Origin: Acidobacteriota bacterium
GTDB lineage: Bacteria > Acidobacteriota > HRBIN11
DNA length: 38,124 bases
Direction: 5' to 3'
Assembly: GCA_030550225.1 (NCBI GenBank)
Contig: JAUQPV010000002.1
Location: 1-38,124, forward strand
Numbering within the stretch: position 1 is the first letter of the stretch; every line of letters begins with the position of its first letter. Positions 6,804 to 14,620 of this stretch are shown one piece after another. Made by a program: the position numbers and the translations under genes. The notes under the pieces were generated by a model. That model saw only the letters and a list, made by a program, of their open reading frames with translations. It did no database searches and was not told where the DNA came from.

Positions 6804-9076
6804 GCGTCGAGCGCCTTCAAGTCCGAGTCCTGGGGGTCGTCCAGGGCGTCGGGTTCCGGCCCTTTGTGTATCGTCTGGCCTCAGAGTTGGGCCTGACGGG
6901 TTGGGTCAGTAACGACGGCCTCGGCGTCCTCATCGAGGTCGAGGGCCCGTCCCCGGCCCTCTTGGAATTCCTGGGACGTCTCCCCCGGGAGAAGCCGCCG
7001 CCGGCCTTTCTCTACGCCATCGACCATCGATTCCTCGAGCCCGTCGGATATTCGATTTTTACGATCCGGGAGAGTCAGCTTGGCGAAGCTCGCCGGGTCT
7101 GGGTCCTACCGGATTTGGCCGTCTGCGCCGCCTGTCGCCGAGAGGTCTTGGACCCGAGCGACCGTCGGTTCCGGTACCCCTTCACGAACTGCACCCACTG
7201 CGGCCCCCGGTTCACGATCATCGAGGACCTCCCCTACGATCGGCCCCGCACGTCCATGAAGGCTTTTCGGATGTGTCCCGATTGTGAACGGGAGTATCAC
7301 GACCCGAAGGACCGTCGGTTTCACGCCCAACCCAATGCCTGCCCCCGATGCGGGCCCCATCTGGAGTTCCGCACGCCTGACGGGACGCCTGTCGCCTGGG
7401 GCGACGAAGCCTTCTACCTGGCGGCCGAGAAGGTCCGGACCGGGGCGATCATCGCCCTGAAGGGTCTCGGCGGCTACCACTTGATCGTGGACGCCCGGAA
7501 CGAGCCGGCTGTCGCACGTCTTCGGGCTCGCAAGCGTCGGCCTTTCAAAGCGTTCGCCGTCATGTATCCCGACCTGGAGACCCTGCGTCGTCACGTGGAG
7601 GTCCCGTCTTTTGCGGAAGCCCTCCTGACGTCGCCGCAGGCGCCCATCCTGCTTCTGCCCCGGACGCCCGCCGGATGGCGGGAGATCGCACCCTCGGTCG
7701 CACCCCGGTCCCCCTACTTAGGCGTTTTCCTGCCCTACACGCCCCTGCACATCTTACTCCTGTACGAACTGGGCTTCCCCGTCGTGGCGACGTCGGGGAA
7801 CCTCTCCGACGAGCCGGTCCAGTATCGAGACGAGGAGGCCCTCCAGGCCCTGGCGGACCTCTGTGATGGCTTCCTCCTGCACGACCGACCGATCGTCCGC
7901 CATGCCGACGACTCGGTCCTTCAGGTCATCACCCGGCCCCGGGCCAAGCCCCAGATCCTGCGGCGGGCCCGGGGCTACACACCCCTGCCGGTCCTGGCGC
8001 CCCGCCCGCTCCCGCCCCTCCTCGCCCTGGGCGGTCACATGAACGCGACCTTCGCCCTGAGCCGGGACCGGGAGATCATCCTCTCCCAGCATATCGGCGA
8101 CCTGGATGGCTATGAGGCCCGTCAGGTCTACCGGCGGACGTTAGAGGACTTCTTACGCCTCTACGACGTTCATCCCCAGGCCGTTGTCCACGACCTCCAC
8201 CCGGACTATTTCACGACGCGCTTGGCTGAGGAGTGGGGTGGGCCCCGATTCGCCGTCCAGCACCACCACGCCCACCTGGCGGCCTGTATGCTGGAAAACC
8301 AGCTCGAAGGGACCGTCCTGGGCCTCACGTGGGACGGGACTGGCTATGGCCTGGACGGCACCGTATGGGGCGGAGAATTTCTGATGGGCGACCCCCGGGA
8401 TTTTCGGCGTGTCGCTTCCCTGTGGCCCTTCCGCCTCCCCACAGGCGAAAAGGCCGTCCGGGAACCCTGGCGGGTCGCCCTGGCCCTCTTATGGGAGAGC
8501 TTTGGGTCGGACTTTCCCCGAGACCTTCCCTTGTTCCGGGAGATTCCGAAGCGGGCCGTCGAACTCGTCTTGCAGGTCCTTCGGAAGGGCCTTCTGAGCC
8601 CCGTCACGACCAGCATGGGCCGTCTCTTCGACGGCGTCAGCGCCCTGCTCGGCATCTCTTTCTTCAACACCCATCAGGCCCAGTCGGCCCAACTCCTGGA
8701 GTACGCCGCCTGGCAGTATGGCCCGGGGGCGCATCCTCTTCCCCTTCCCCTCCGGGAGGCCGACATCCTGCGGCTGGATTGGCGAGAACTCATCCGAGCC
8801 CTGGTCGATCGATTCCGGCGGGGCGCTCCCCCGGAAGCCCTGGCGGCCGCCTTCCACGACGCCCTCGTCCGGGCCGCCGTGGCCGTCGCCGAGCGCCTCG
8901 GCGTCCCAAGGGTCGTGATGGCCGGCGGCGTGTTCTGCAACCGCTATCTCACGGAGGCCCTCCTGACCGAACTGGAGGCGCGAGGTCTCCAGGGTTTCAT
9001 CCACACCCAGCTCCCTCCGACGGACGGGAGCCTCGCCGTCGGCCAACTGTGGGTCGCCGCCCATCGCCTCGAATAG
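6752..9076 (+). CDS. hypF: Carbamoyltransferase HypF
   Basis: Acylphosphatase-like VQGVGFRPFVYRLA. Two zinc-finger pairs (CAACRREV...CTHCGPRF and CPDCEREY...CPRCGP). YrdC- and Kae1-like C-terminal parts. A TTG at 6800 that overlaps the hypB stop is an alternative start. Confidence 0.9.
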   Translation: MDAIPGTATTADVSGRLSVERLQVRVLGVVQGVGFRPFVYRLASELGLTGWVSNDGLGVLIEVEGPSPALLEFLGRLPREKPPPAFLYAIDHRFLEPVGYSIFTIRESQLGEARRVWVLPDLAVCAACRREVLDPSDRRFRYPFTNCTHCGPRFTIIEDLPYDRPRTSMKAFRMCPDCEREYHDPKDRRFHAQPNACPRCGPHLEFRTPDGTPVAWGDEAFYLAAEKVRTGAIIALKGLGGYHLIVDARNEPAVARLRARKRRPFKAFAVMYPDLETLRRHVEVPSFAEALLTSPQAPILLLPRTPAGWREIAPSVAPRSPYLGVFLPYTPLHILLLYELGFPVVATSGNLSDEPVQYRDEEALQALADLCDGFLLHDRPIVRHADDSVLQVITRPRAKPQILRRARGYTPLPVLAPRPLPPLLALGGHMNATFALSRDREIILSQHIGDLDGYEARQVYRRTLEDFLRLYDVHPQAVVHDLHPDYFTTRLAEEWGGPRFAVQHHHAHLAACMLENQLEGTVLGLTWDGTGYGLDGTVWGGEFLMGDPRDFRRVASLWPFRLPTGEKAVREPWRVALALLWESFGSDFPRDLPLFREIPKRAVELVLQVLRKGLLSPVTTSMGRLFDGVSALLGISFFNTHQAQSAQLLEYAAWQYGPGAHPLPLPLREADILRLDWRELIRALVDRFRRGAPPEALAAAFHDALVRAAVAVAERLGVPRVVMAGGVFCNRYLTEALLTELEARGLQGFIHTQLPPTDGSLAVGQLWVAAHRLE

Positions 9077-9077
9077 A

Positions 9078-9305
9078 AGACCATCGGCTGTCGACCACAG
9101 ACCATGGACCTGTTTCGGAGGCCTAGTTCGCATCGTCTCGAGACGAGGGGTATTCCGGTGACTCTGAACTCATCTCAAAACCCTCTCCCTGGGGGAGGGG
9201 GTAGGCTGAGGGCCTTGATCCAGAGCTTCTCTCTCACTGAGATCAGGGACTTTTGAGACGAGTTCTCTGTCAGGTCTGGGGTCTATGGTCCGTGGTCTGC
9301 GGTCT
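9078..9305. repeat. Long intergenic inverted repeat with GGTCTNN-heptamer arms
   Basis: AGACCATCGGCTGTCGACCACAGACCATGGACCTG (9078-9112) faces CAGGTCTGGGGTCTATGGTCCGTGGTCTGCGGTCT (9271-9305). An inner pair TCTCAAAA/TTTTGAGA is also present. Confidence 0.75.
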
Positions 9306-9313
9306 CTTTTGGA

Positions 9314-9357
9314 CATCTTGCATTCCGCATCCTGCATCTTGTATCTTGGATCCTGCC
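9314..9357. repeat. CATCYTG heptamer array upstream of the cNMP/FHA gene
   Basis: catcttg cattccg catcctg catcttg tatcttg gatcctg, read directly. Ends 22 nt before ATG 9380. Confidence 0.8.
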
Positions 9358-9379
9358 TGACCGATTACCGAGAAGGGCC

Positions 9380-10168
9380 ATGGACTGGCAAGAGGGCTTC
9401 CAGCGTTATCTGGTCCGCTACCCGAAGGGCGAGATGATTTTCAACGAAGGGGACCTGGGCAACGAGATGTACGTCATCCAGTCCGGGAAGGTCCGCATAT
9501 TCAAGAACATCAACGGCATGGACCAGACGCTGGCCGTCTTGGAAAAGGGTGACTTCTTCGGGGAAATGGCCGTCTTAGAGGGTATCCCCCGCACGGCCTC
9601 CGCCGAGGTCGAGGAAGATTGCGAGCTGATTCGCATCAACAGCGCCAACTTCGTGGCCATGATCCAGGCGAATCCCGAGATCGCCCTCCGTATCATGCGG
9701 AAGCTCTCGATCCGTCTTCGGGAGACGACCGACCAACTCCAGCGGCTCCTGCAGGTCTCGACGGCCGTCTTTTCGAGCTACGACGCCCCGCCTGTGCAGG
9801 TCGCCCCTGAGCCGCCCAAGGAGGAGAAGCGCAAGGCCATTGCCCATCTGGTCTCGGCGGCGACAGGCCGGACGTATCCCATCACGAAAGAAGTCACGAT
9901 CATCGGTCGCTACGACAAGGTCACGGGCCTGTCCCCGGACGTGGACCTCACGGAGGAGGACCCCCACCGGTACGTCTCCCGCCGCCACGCCGTCCTTCTC
10001 TACGAGGAGGGCCAGTGGAAGCTGATCGAGGAGATCGGAGCCGTCAACGGGACATTCCTGAATAAGAAGCGGCTCCCGAACGGCGTGCCCGTCTCTATCC
10101 GGGACGGCGACCAGGTCACCTTCGCCAACGTGACCCTGACGTTCCGGGTCGTCCAAGACGAGGGCTGA
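9380..10168 (+). CDS. Cyclic-nucleotide-binding domain / FHA domain fusion protein
   Basis: N-terminal cNMP-binding signature FGEMAVLEGIPRTASAEV. C-terminal FHA signatures TIIGR...SRRHAVL...NGTFLN. RBS GAGAAGGG. Visibly lower GC than its neighbours. Confidence 0.8.
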   Translation: MDWQEGFQRYLVRYPKGEMIFNEGDLGNEMYVIQSGKVRIFKNINGMDQTLAVLEKGDFFGEMAVLEGIPRTASAEVEEDCELIRINSANFVAMIQANPEIALRIMRKLSIRLRETTDQLQRLLQVSTAVFSSYDAPPVQVAPEPPKEEKRKAIAHLVSAATGRTYPITKEVTIIGRYDKVTGLSPDVDLTEEDPHRYVSRRHAVLLYEEGQWKLIEEIGAVNGTFLNKKRLPNGVPVSIRDGDQVTFANVTLTFRVVQDEG

Positions 10169-10181
10169 CCGGACGTCAGCC
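10163..10181. terminator. Short hairpin spanning both stop codons of the convergent genes
   Basis: GGCTGAC (10163-10169) pairs with GTCAGCC (10175-10181) around a 5-nt loop. TGA 10166-10168 and TCA 10176-10178 each lie in one arm. No T-run. Confidence 0.35.
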
Positions 10182-11798
10182 GGCCGGTCGTGCCTCGGCC
10201 CGCAGGACGTACTTCAGGATCTTCCCCTGGGGGTTCTTGGGAAGTTCATCCCGAAACTCGACGAGGCGGGGGTACTTGTAATTGGCCAGGCGGTCCCGAC
10301 AGAAGGCGATCAGCTCCTCGGCCGATACCCGACCCCGAAATTCCGGCCGCAGGACGACGACGGCCTTGACCGTCTCGCCCCGATAGGGGTCGGGGACGCC
10401 GATGACGGCCGCCTCCAGGACGGCCGGATGCTCCAGCAGGACGCCCTCGACCTCTCGGGGCCACACCTTGAAGCCGGACACGTTGATGATGTCCTTCCGG
10501 CGCTCGATCCAATAGACCCACCCCTGGGCGTCCATCTTGCCCAGGTCGCCCGTATAGAGCCATCCTTCCCGAAGTGTCTGAGCCGTCTCCTCGGGCTTGT
10601 TCCAGTAGCCCTTGAACACGTGAGGTCCCCGGGCGACGATCTCGCCGACCTCGCCGGTCAGTCGGGGCTGACCCGTCTCGGGGTCGACGATGCGAACCTC
10701 GCTCCCGGGAATCGGCCGGCCGACGGACAGAGCCCCCGTCTCGGGGTCGACGGGGGCCCGTTCCCCGAGGGGCGTCCATGTGCCGGGCGAGGTCGTTTCA
10801 GTCATCCCCCATACATTGTGAATGTAGACGCCGGTCGCTCGCTCCCACCGCTCGACGACGGCCGGCTGGACGGGCGCGCCGCCGCTGAAGACCTTCCGAA
10901 GTGTACGAAGACGCCCCGGGTCGAAGGCCTCCGAGTTCATCATGGCGATGAAGGCTGTGATAGAGCCGATAACAAAGGTCGCACCCCGTCGCTCGGTCTG
11001 GCGGATCGCCTCGTCGGCCTGGAATCGGTACAGCAGGACCATCGGGATCCCGACGTGGCAAGCGGCGGCAATGTGGCCGACCGTGCCCGTGATGTGAAAC
11101 AGAGGAGCAACCGCCAGGACACAGTCGTCTTCCGTGAGGCCGCAGAGACGCTCGTAGGTCCGAGCATTGAATAGCAGGTTGCCGTGAGTGATCATGGCAC
11201 CCTTGGGGGGTCCCGTCGTCCCAGACGTGTAATGAAGATAGGCCACGTCGTCGGTGCCCAAGGCGATCGGCTCGGGGACCCGGTCAGCGTATCGGGTGAC
11301 CAGGTCCCGGTAGGTCCATCCCCTTTCGGGCGGGCCGCCTTCCGGTGGCGGGATTATGTCCGGTAGGGGAGCTTGCAAGTCGAGGTGGTCATAAGGAGAA
11401 GTCGTGACGACAAATCGGACGCCGGCCCGCTCGGCGATGGACTGGACCCAGGAGACGTCCCGCTGTTGGCACACGAGGCCGACAGCCCCGGCGTCTTCCA
11501 GATGGTAGGTCAGCTCCCGCTCCTTGAACATGATGTTAAGGGGGACGACGATCCCACCGGCTTTCCAGACGGCAAAATGGGTCACGACGGCGGCCGGTTC
11601 GTTTTGCAGGAAGACGGCGACCCGGTCGCCCCGCTGGAGGCCCAGGTCCCGCAGGGCGACGGCCAGAGCGTTGCTTTCCGCCTCGAGGGTCCTGTAGTCC
11701 AGGGTCCGGTCAAAGTAGTGAATGGCCGGACGGTCCGGCCGACGGGAAGCCTGAAGCCTCAGCAAATCGACCATGGAGGCTACCCGGATTTCTTCCAT
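10176..11798 (-). CDS. AMP-dependent acyl-CoA synthetase/ligase
   Basis: YTSGTTGPPKGAMITHGNL AMP-binding motif, GWLYTGDLG and WPREVE motifs. 540 aa. Confidence 0.88.
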   Translation of the reverse strand: MEEIRVASMVDLLRLQASRRPDRPAIHYFDRTLDYRTLEAESNALAVALRDLGLQRGDRVAVFLQNEPAAVVTHFAVWKAGGIVVPLNIMFKERELTYHLEDAGAVGLVCQQRDVSWVQSIAERAGVRFVVTTSPYDHLDLQAPLPDIIPPPEGGPPERGWTYRDLVTRYADRVPEPIALGTDDVAYLHYTSGTTGPPKGAMITHGNLLFNARTYERLCGLTEDDCVLAVAPLFHITGTVGHIAAACHVGIPMVLLYRFQADEAIRQTERRGATFVIGSITAFIAMMNSEAFDPGRLRTLRKVFSGGAPVQPAVVERWERATGVYIHNVWGMTETTSPGTWTPLGERAPVDPETGALSVGRPIPGSEVRIVDPETGQPRLTGEVGEIVARGPHVFKGYWNKPEETAQTLREGWLYTGDLGKMDAQGWVYWIERRKDIINVSGFKVWPREVEGVLLEHPAVLEAAVIGVPDPYRGETVKAVVVLRPEFRGRVSAEELIAFCRDRLANYKYPRLVEFRDELPKNPQGKILKYVLRAEARPAG

Positions 11799-11814
11799 GG
11801 CAGGCCCCTGTCAC

Positions 11815-13254
11815 CTAAGCTTTCAACAGCGCCTCGATGAGTCGGCGGCCAGCGGAGAAGTCATAGCCCCGCAAGATCTCGATGACACTGGCCTCGATAG
11901 AACCCTCGGCGTGGACCATCGTGACGTTTTCATAGCCACCCAGGAGGCCGACCAGTTCCCGGGCCAACAGAAACAGTCGGAATCGGCGCTCCCCGGTGAC
12001 CGTCGCCCGACCCGTGAGGTATTTCTCGATGATGGGTCGCAAGTCTGGATGGGCCCAATCGTCCCCGCTGGGGGCCGTCGCCACCAGGCCGCCGGCGCAG
12101 TCGATGAAGGCCTGCGTCGCCGAAAGATAGTGGGTATTTGAATAGAGCTTCCCCAGATTCACGGAGAGGGGATCGGGATAGACGAGGCCCGTCGTCGGGT
12201 CGGCATGACACCGGTAGGCCGCCAGATGCGCCGCCATACGTTGGACTTCAGCCAGAAGGATGAGCTCGACCAGATTGCGGCGGATGTGACTCTTGTCGGC
12301 GATGCCATTGGCCTCGGCGATCTCCCGAGCGAGGGCTGCCATCAGGTCGGCCTGGGCCGCCCGGTAGGAGATGGCCGAAAACCGGTGCCACAGGGCGAAC
12401 GTCAGGGCCAATCGACTGGCGTACTCGGTCTCTCCGGCCAGGAAGACCCGCTCCCAGGGGACGAAGACATCATCGAGGACGACGAGCGCCTCGGTCAGGG
12501 TGTTGTGTCGCACGCGCGGGCCTTCGAGGGGATGACGGGCGCTCTCCAGCTCGACCATCGGGCGGGTGACCATCGTGATGCCCGGGGCGTTGGCCGGGAC
12601 GGCAAAGGCGACGGCGTAATCGGCGTCCTCTGGGCTGAGAGACCGGCACGGGATGACGATCAGCTCGTCGGCGACCTGTGCCTGCGTGATATGAGCCTTG
12701 GCCCCCCGCACGACGATACCGTCTGACCGCCGTTCCCGGATCCGCACGTAAAGGTCGGGATCGGCCTGTTGGTACGGCCGCAGGGACCGGTCGCCCTTAA
12801 CGTCCGTCTGGGCGACCGACACGGCCCGGTCGCCATGCGCCACGTAACGGTGGTATTCGAGGACCCGGCGCCGGTAGTCCGTGCCCCGGGCCCGGTCCAG
12901 GGCGGCCGTCACGATGTGGAGGGCAAATAGGGCGTCCGAGCCGATGACCTTGGCGATGTTGAAGACGCCTCGGGAGCGATGGGTCGTCGCCTCGATAAGA
13001 CGGGACCGACGAAGCAAGTCGTCGGTCGAGGTCGGAGACTGGTAGAACGTGCTGATCGACTCGCCCGTGTCGTCCGTCGTGACGAGCTCAGCCTGCAGTT
13101 CTGGGTCGAAGTGAAGGTCGAACAGGAGGGCACTATGCCGAGCCGGGACCTGCAGGATGAAATGACGGGTCACGTCCGAGACGAGTTCCCCCCGGTAGTA
13201 GACCCGCCGCCCATCGACGAGCCCTTCCAGGAATTGCCCACCATTCCGAAGCAT
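11815..13254 (-). CDS. HpaB / 4-hydroxybutyryl-CoA dehydratase (AbfD) family protein, more likely HpaB-type flavin monooxygenase component
   Basis: QTDVKGDRSLRP and C-terminal HAEGS blocks are typical of the family. ATG 13254 is preceded by GAGAGGA; the track start at 13290 is a TTG. No Cys in the first ~200 residues. Confidence 0.65.
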   Translation of the reverse strand: MLRNGGQFLEGLVDGRRVYYRGELVSDVTRHFILQVPARHSALLFDLHFDPELQAELVTTDDTGESISTFYQSPTSTDDLLRRSRLIEATTHRSRGVFNIAKVIGSDALFALHIVTAALDRARGTDYRRRVLEYHRYVAHGDRAVSVAQTDVKGDRSLRPYQQADPDLYVRIRERRSDGIVVRGAKAHITQAQVADELIVIPCRSLSPEDADYAVAFAVPANAPGITMVTRPMVELESARHPLEGPRVRHNTLTEALVVLDDVFVPWERVFLAGETEYASRLALTFALWHRFSAISYRAAQADLMAALAREIAEANGIADKSHIRRNLVELILLAEVQRMAAHLAAYRCHADPTTGLVYPDPLSVNLGKLYSNTHYLSATQAFIDCAGGLVATAPSGDDWAHPDLRPIIEKYLTGRATVTGERRFRLFLLARELVGLLGGYENVTMVHAEGSIEASVIEILRGYDFSAGRRLIEALLKA

Positions 13255-13268
13255 AGGCCGTATCCTCT

Positions 13269-13347
13269 CGGCAACTCGGCAGTTCGGCAATTCAGAACCC
13301 GGATTCCGGGGTTCCCGAATCCCCGAACTCCCGAATTACCGAACTGC
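13269..13347. repeat. Intergenic inverted repeat built from CGGCANTT / GAANTNCC octamers
   Basis: cggcaact cggcagtt cggcaatt ... faces gaatcccc gaactccc gaattacc gaactgcc. GGCAGTTCGGCAATTC (13278-13293) pairs with GAATTACCGAACTGCC (13332-13347). Confidence 0.8.
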
Positions 13348-14478
13348 CTAAGCCCCGACGATGACCTGCCGGGCGACCTCGCCAGTAGCCAAAGCGTCCA
13401 TCGCTTCGTTGACGTCCGACAGGGCGATCGTCCGGCTCAGGAGGACGTCCGCCGGCAGGAGACCGGCCTGATAGAGGGCCAGCCACCGGGGAATGTCCCG
13501 CCGGGGGACGGAAGAACCCATGTAGGACCCCCGGATGGTCCGCTCTTCACCGACGATCGTCACGGCCGGGACTGAAAACATCCGGCTCGGATGGGGAAGC
13601 CCGATCGTCACCGTCGTCCCGCCCCGGCGGGTCGCCTGATAGGCCTGCTGGAGGACCTGCTCGGAGCCGACGGCCTCAAAGACGTAGTGGGCTCCGCCAC
13701 CCGTGACGTCCCGAACGGCCTGGACGGGGTCGTCTCGACGGGCGTGAACGGCATGCGTGGCGCCGACCTGCCGGGCCAGGTCAAGCTTCGTCTCGACGAC
13801 GTCCACGGCGACGATAGGCCAGGCTCCGGCCAGACGAGCCCCCATGACGACGCTGAGGCCGACGCCGCCCAGGCCGAACACGGCAACCGACGTCCCCGGC
13901 TCGACCCGGGCCGTGTTCACGACGGCCCCGAGGCCCGTCAACAGCGCACAGCCAAACAGGGCCGCCTTCTCGAAGGGCACCGAGGGGTCAATCCGGACAA
14001 GCGATTCCTGGGCCGCGACCGTATAGCGCGAAAACGCCGAAACGCCCAGATGGTGATGTAAGGGGCGCCCCTGGGCGTCCCGGAATCGGACGGACCCGTC
14101 CAGGAGTGTGCCGGCGGCGTTCGCCCGATTGCCGTTTTCACATAAAGCCGGTCGACCGGTCGCGCAGGGGATACAGCGGCCACAGGCCGGGACAAAGGAA
14201 AATACGACGTGGTCACCCGGCTTCAGGTCCTGCACGCCGGGGCCGACCTCCCGGACGATGCCGGCCGCTTCGTGCCCCAACACCATCGGCACCGGCCGGG
14301 GTCGGGAACCGTCGACGACCGAGAGGTCCGAATGGCAAATCCCGGCGGCGGTGACCTCGACGAGGACCTGCCCGGGACCGGGTCCTTCCAGTTCGACTTC
14401 CTCGATGACGAGGGGCTGGGACACCCGGTAAGGTGAGGGCTTGCCCATCTCGTACAAGACGGCGGCGACCGTCTTCAT
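13348..14478 (-). CDS. Zinc-dependent alcohol dehydrogenase (MDR family)
   Basis: GICHSD, GHEAAGIVREVGPGV and structural-zinc CGRCIPCATGRPALC motifs. ATG 14478 is preceded by GAGGAG. Confidence 0.88.
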   Translation of the reverse strand: MKTVAAVLYEMGKPSPYRVSQPLVIEEVELEGPGPGQVLVEVTAAGICHSDLSVVDGSRPRPVPMVLGHEAAGIVREVGPGVQDLKPGDHVVFSFVPACGRCIPCATGRPALCENGNRANAAGTLLDGSVRFRDAQGRPLHHHLGVSAFSRYTVAAQESLVRIDPSVPFEKAALFGCALLTGLGAVVNTARVEPGTSVAVFGLGGVGLSVVMGARLAGAWPIVAVDVVETKLDLARQVGATHAVHARRDDPVQAVRDVTGGGAHYVFEAVGSEQVLQQAYQATRRGGTTVTIGLPHPSRMFSVPAVTIVGEERTIRGSYMGSSVPRRDIPRWLALYQAGLLPADVLLSRTIALSDVNEAMDALATGEVARQVIVGA

Positions 14479-14494
14479 TCGAAACTCCTCGTAG

Positions 14495-14545
14495 CGAATA
14501 GCGAGTAGGGAATAGTGACAGTTACCGTTCGCCATCCGCCATTCG
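14495..14545. repeat. Intergenic hairpin built from AGCGAAT-type heptamers
   Basis: CGAATAGCGAGTAGGGAATAG (14495-14515) faces CCGTTCGCCATCCGCCATTCG (14525-14545). GCGAATAGCGA (14494-14504) also occurs at 786-796. Confidence 0.7.
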
Positions 14546-14620
14546 GCGGACCACCCCTCTCTTGCATCCCGCACCGGGACACCCCATCCATGGGCCTCCG
14601 GTGCCAGCAGGACCAAAGCC

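Noticed and set aside
8233-9126. 297-aa plus-strand ORF inside hypF
   Set aside because: It is an alternative frame of hypF with a Pro/Arg/Gly-rich sequence and no start context.
9104-9256. 50-codon ORF (MDLFRRPSSHRLETRG...) in the spacer downstream of hypF
   Set aside because: It lies entirely within the inverted-repeat element, has no RBS, and its sequence is low-complexity.
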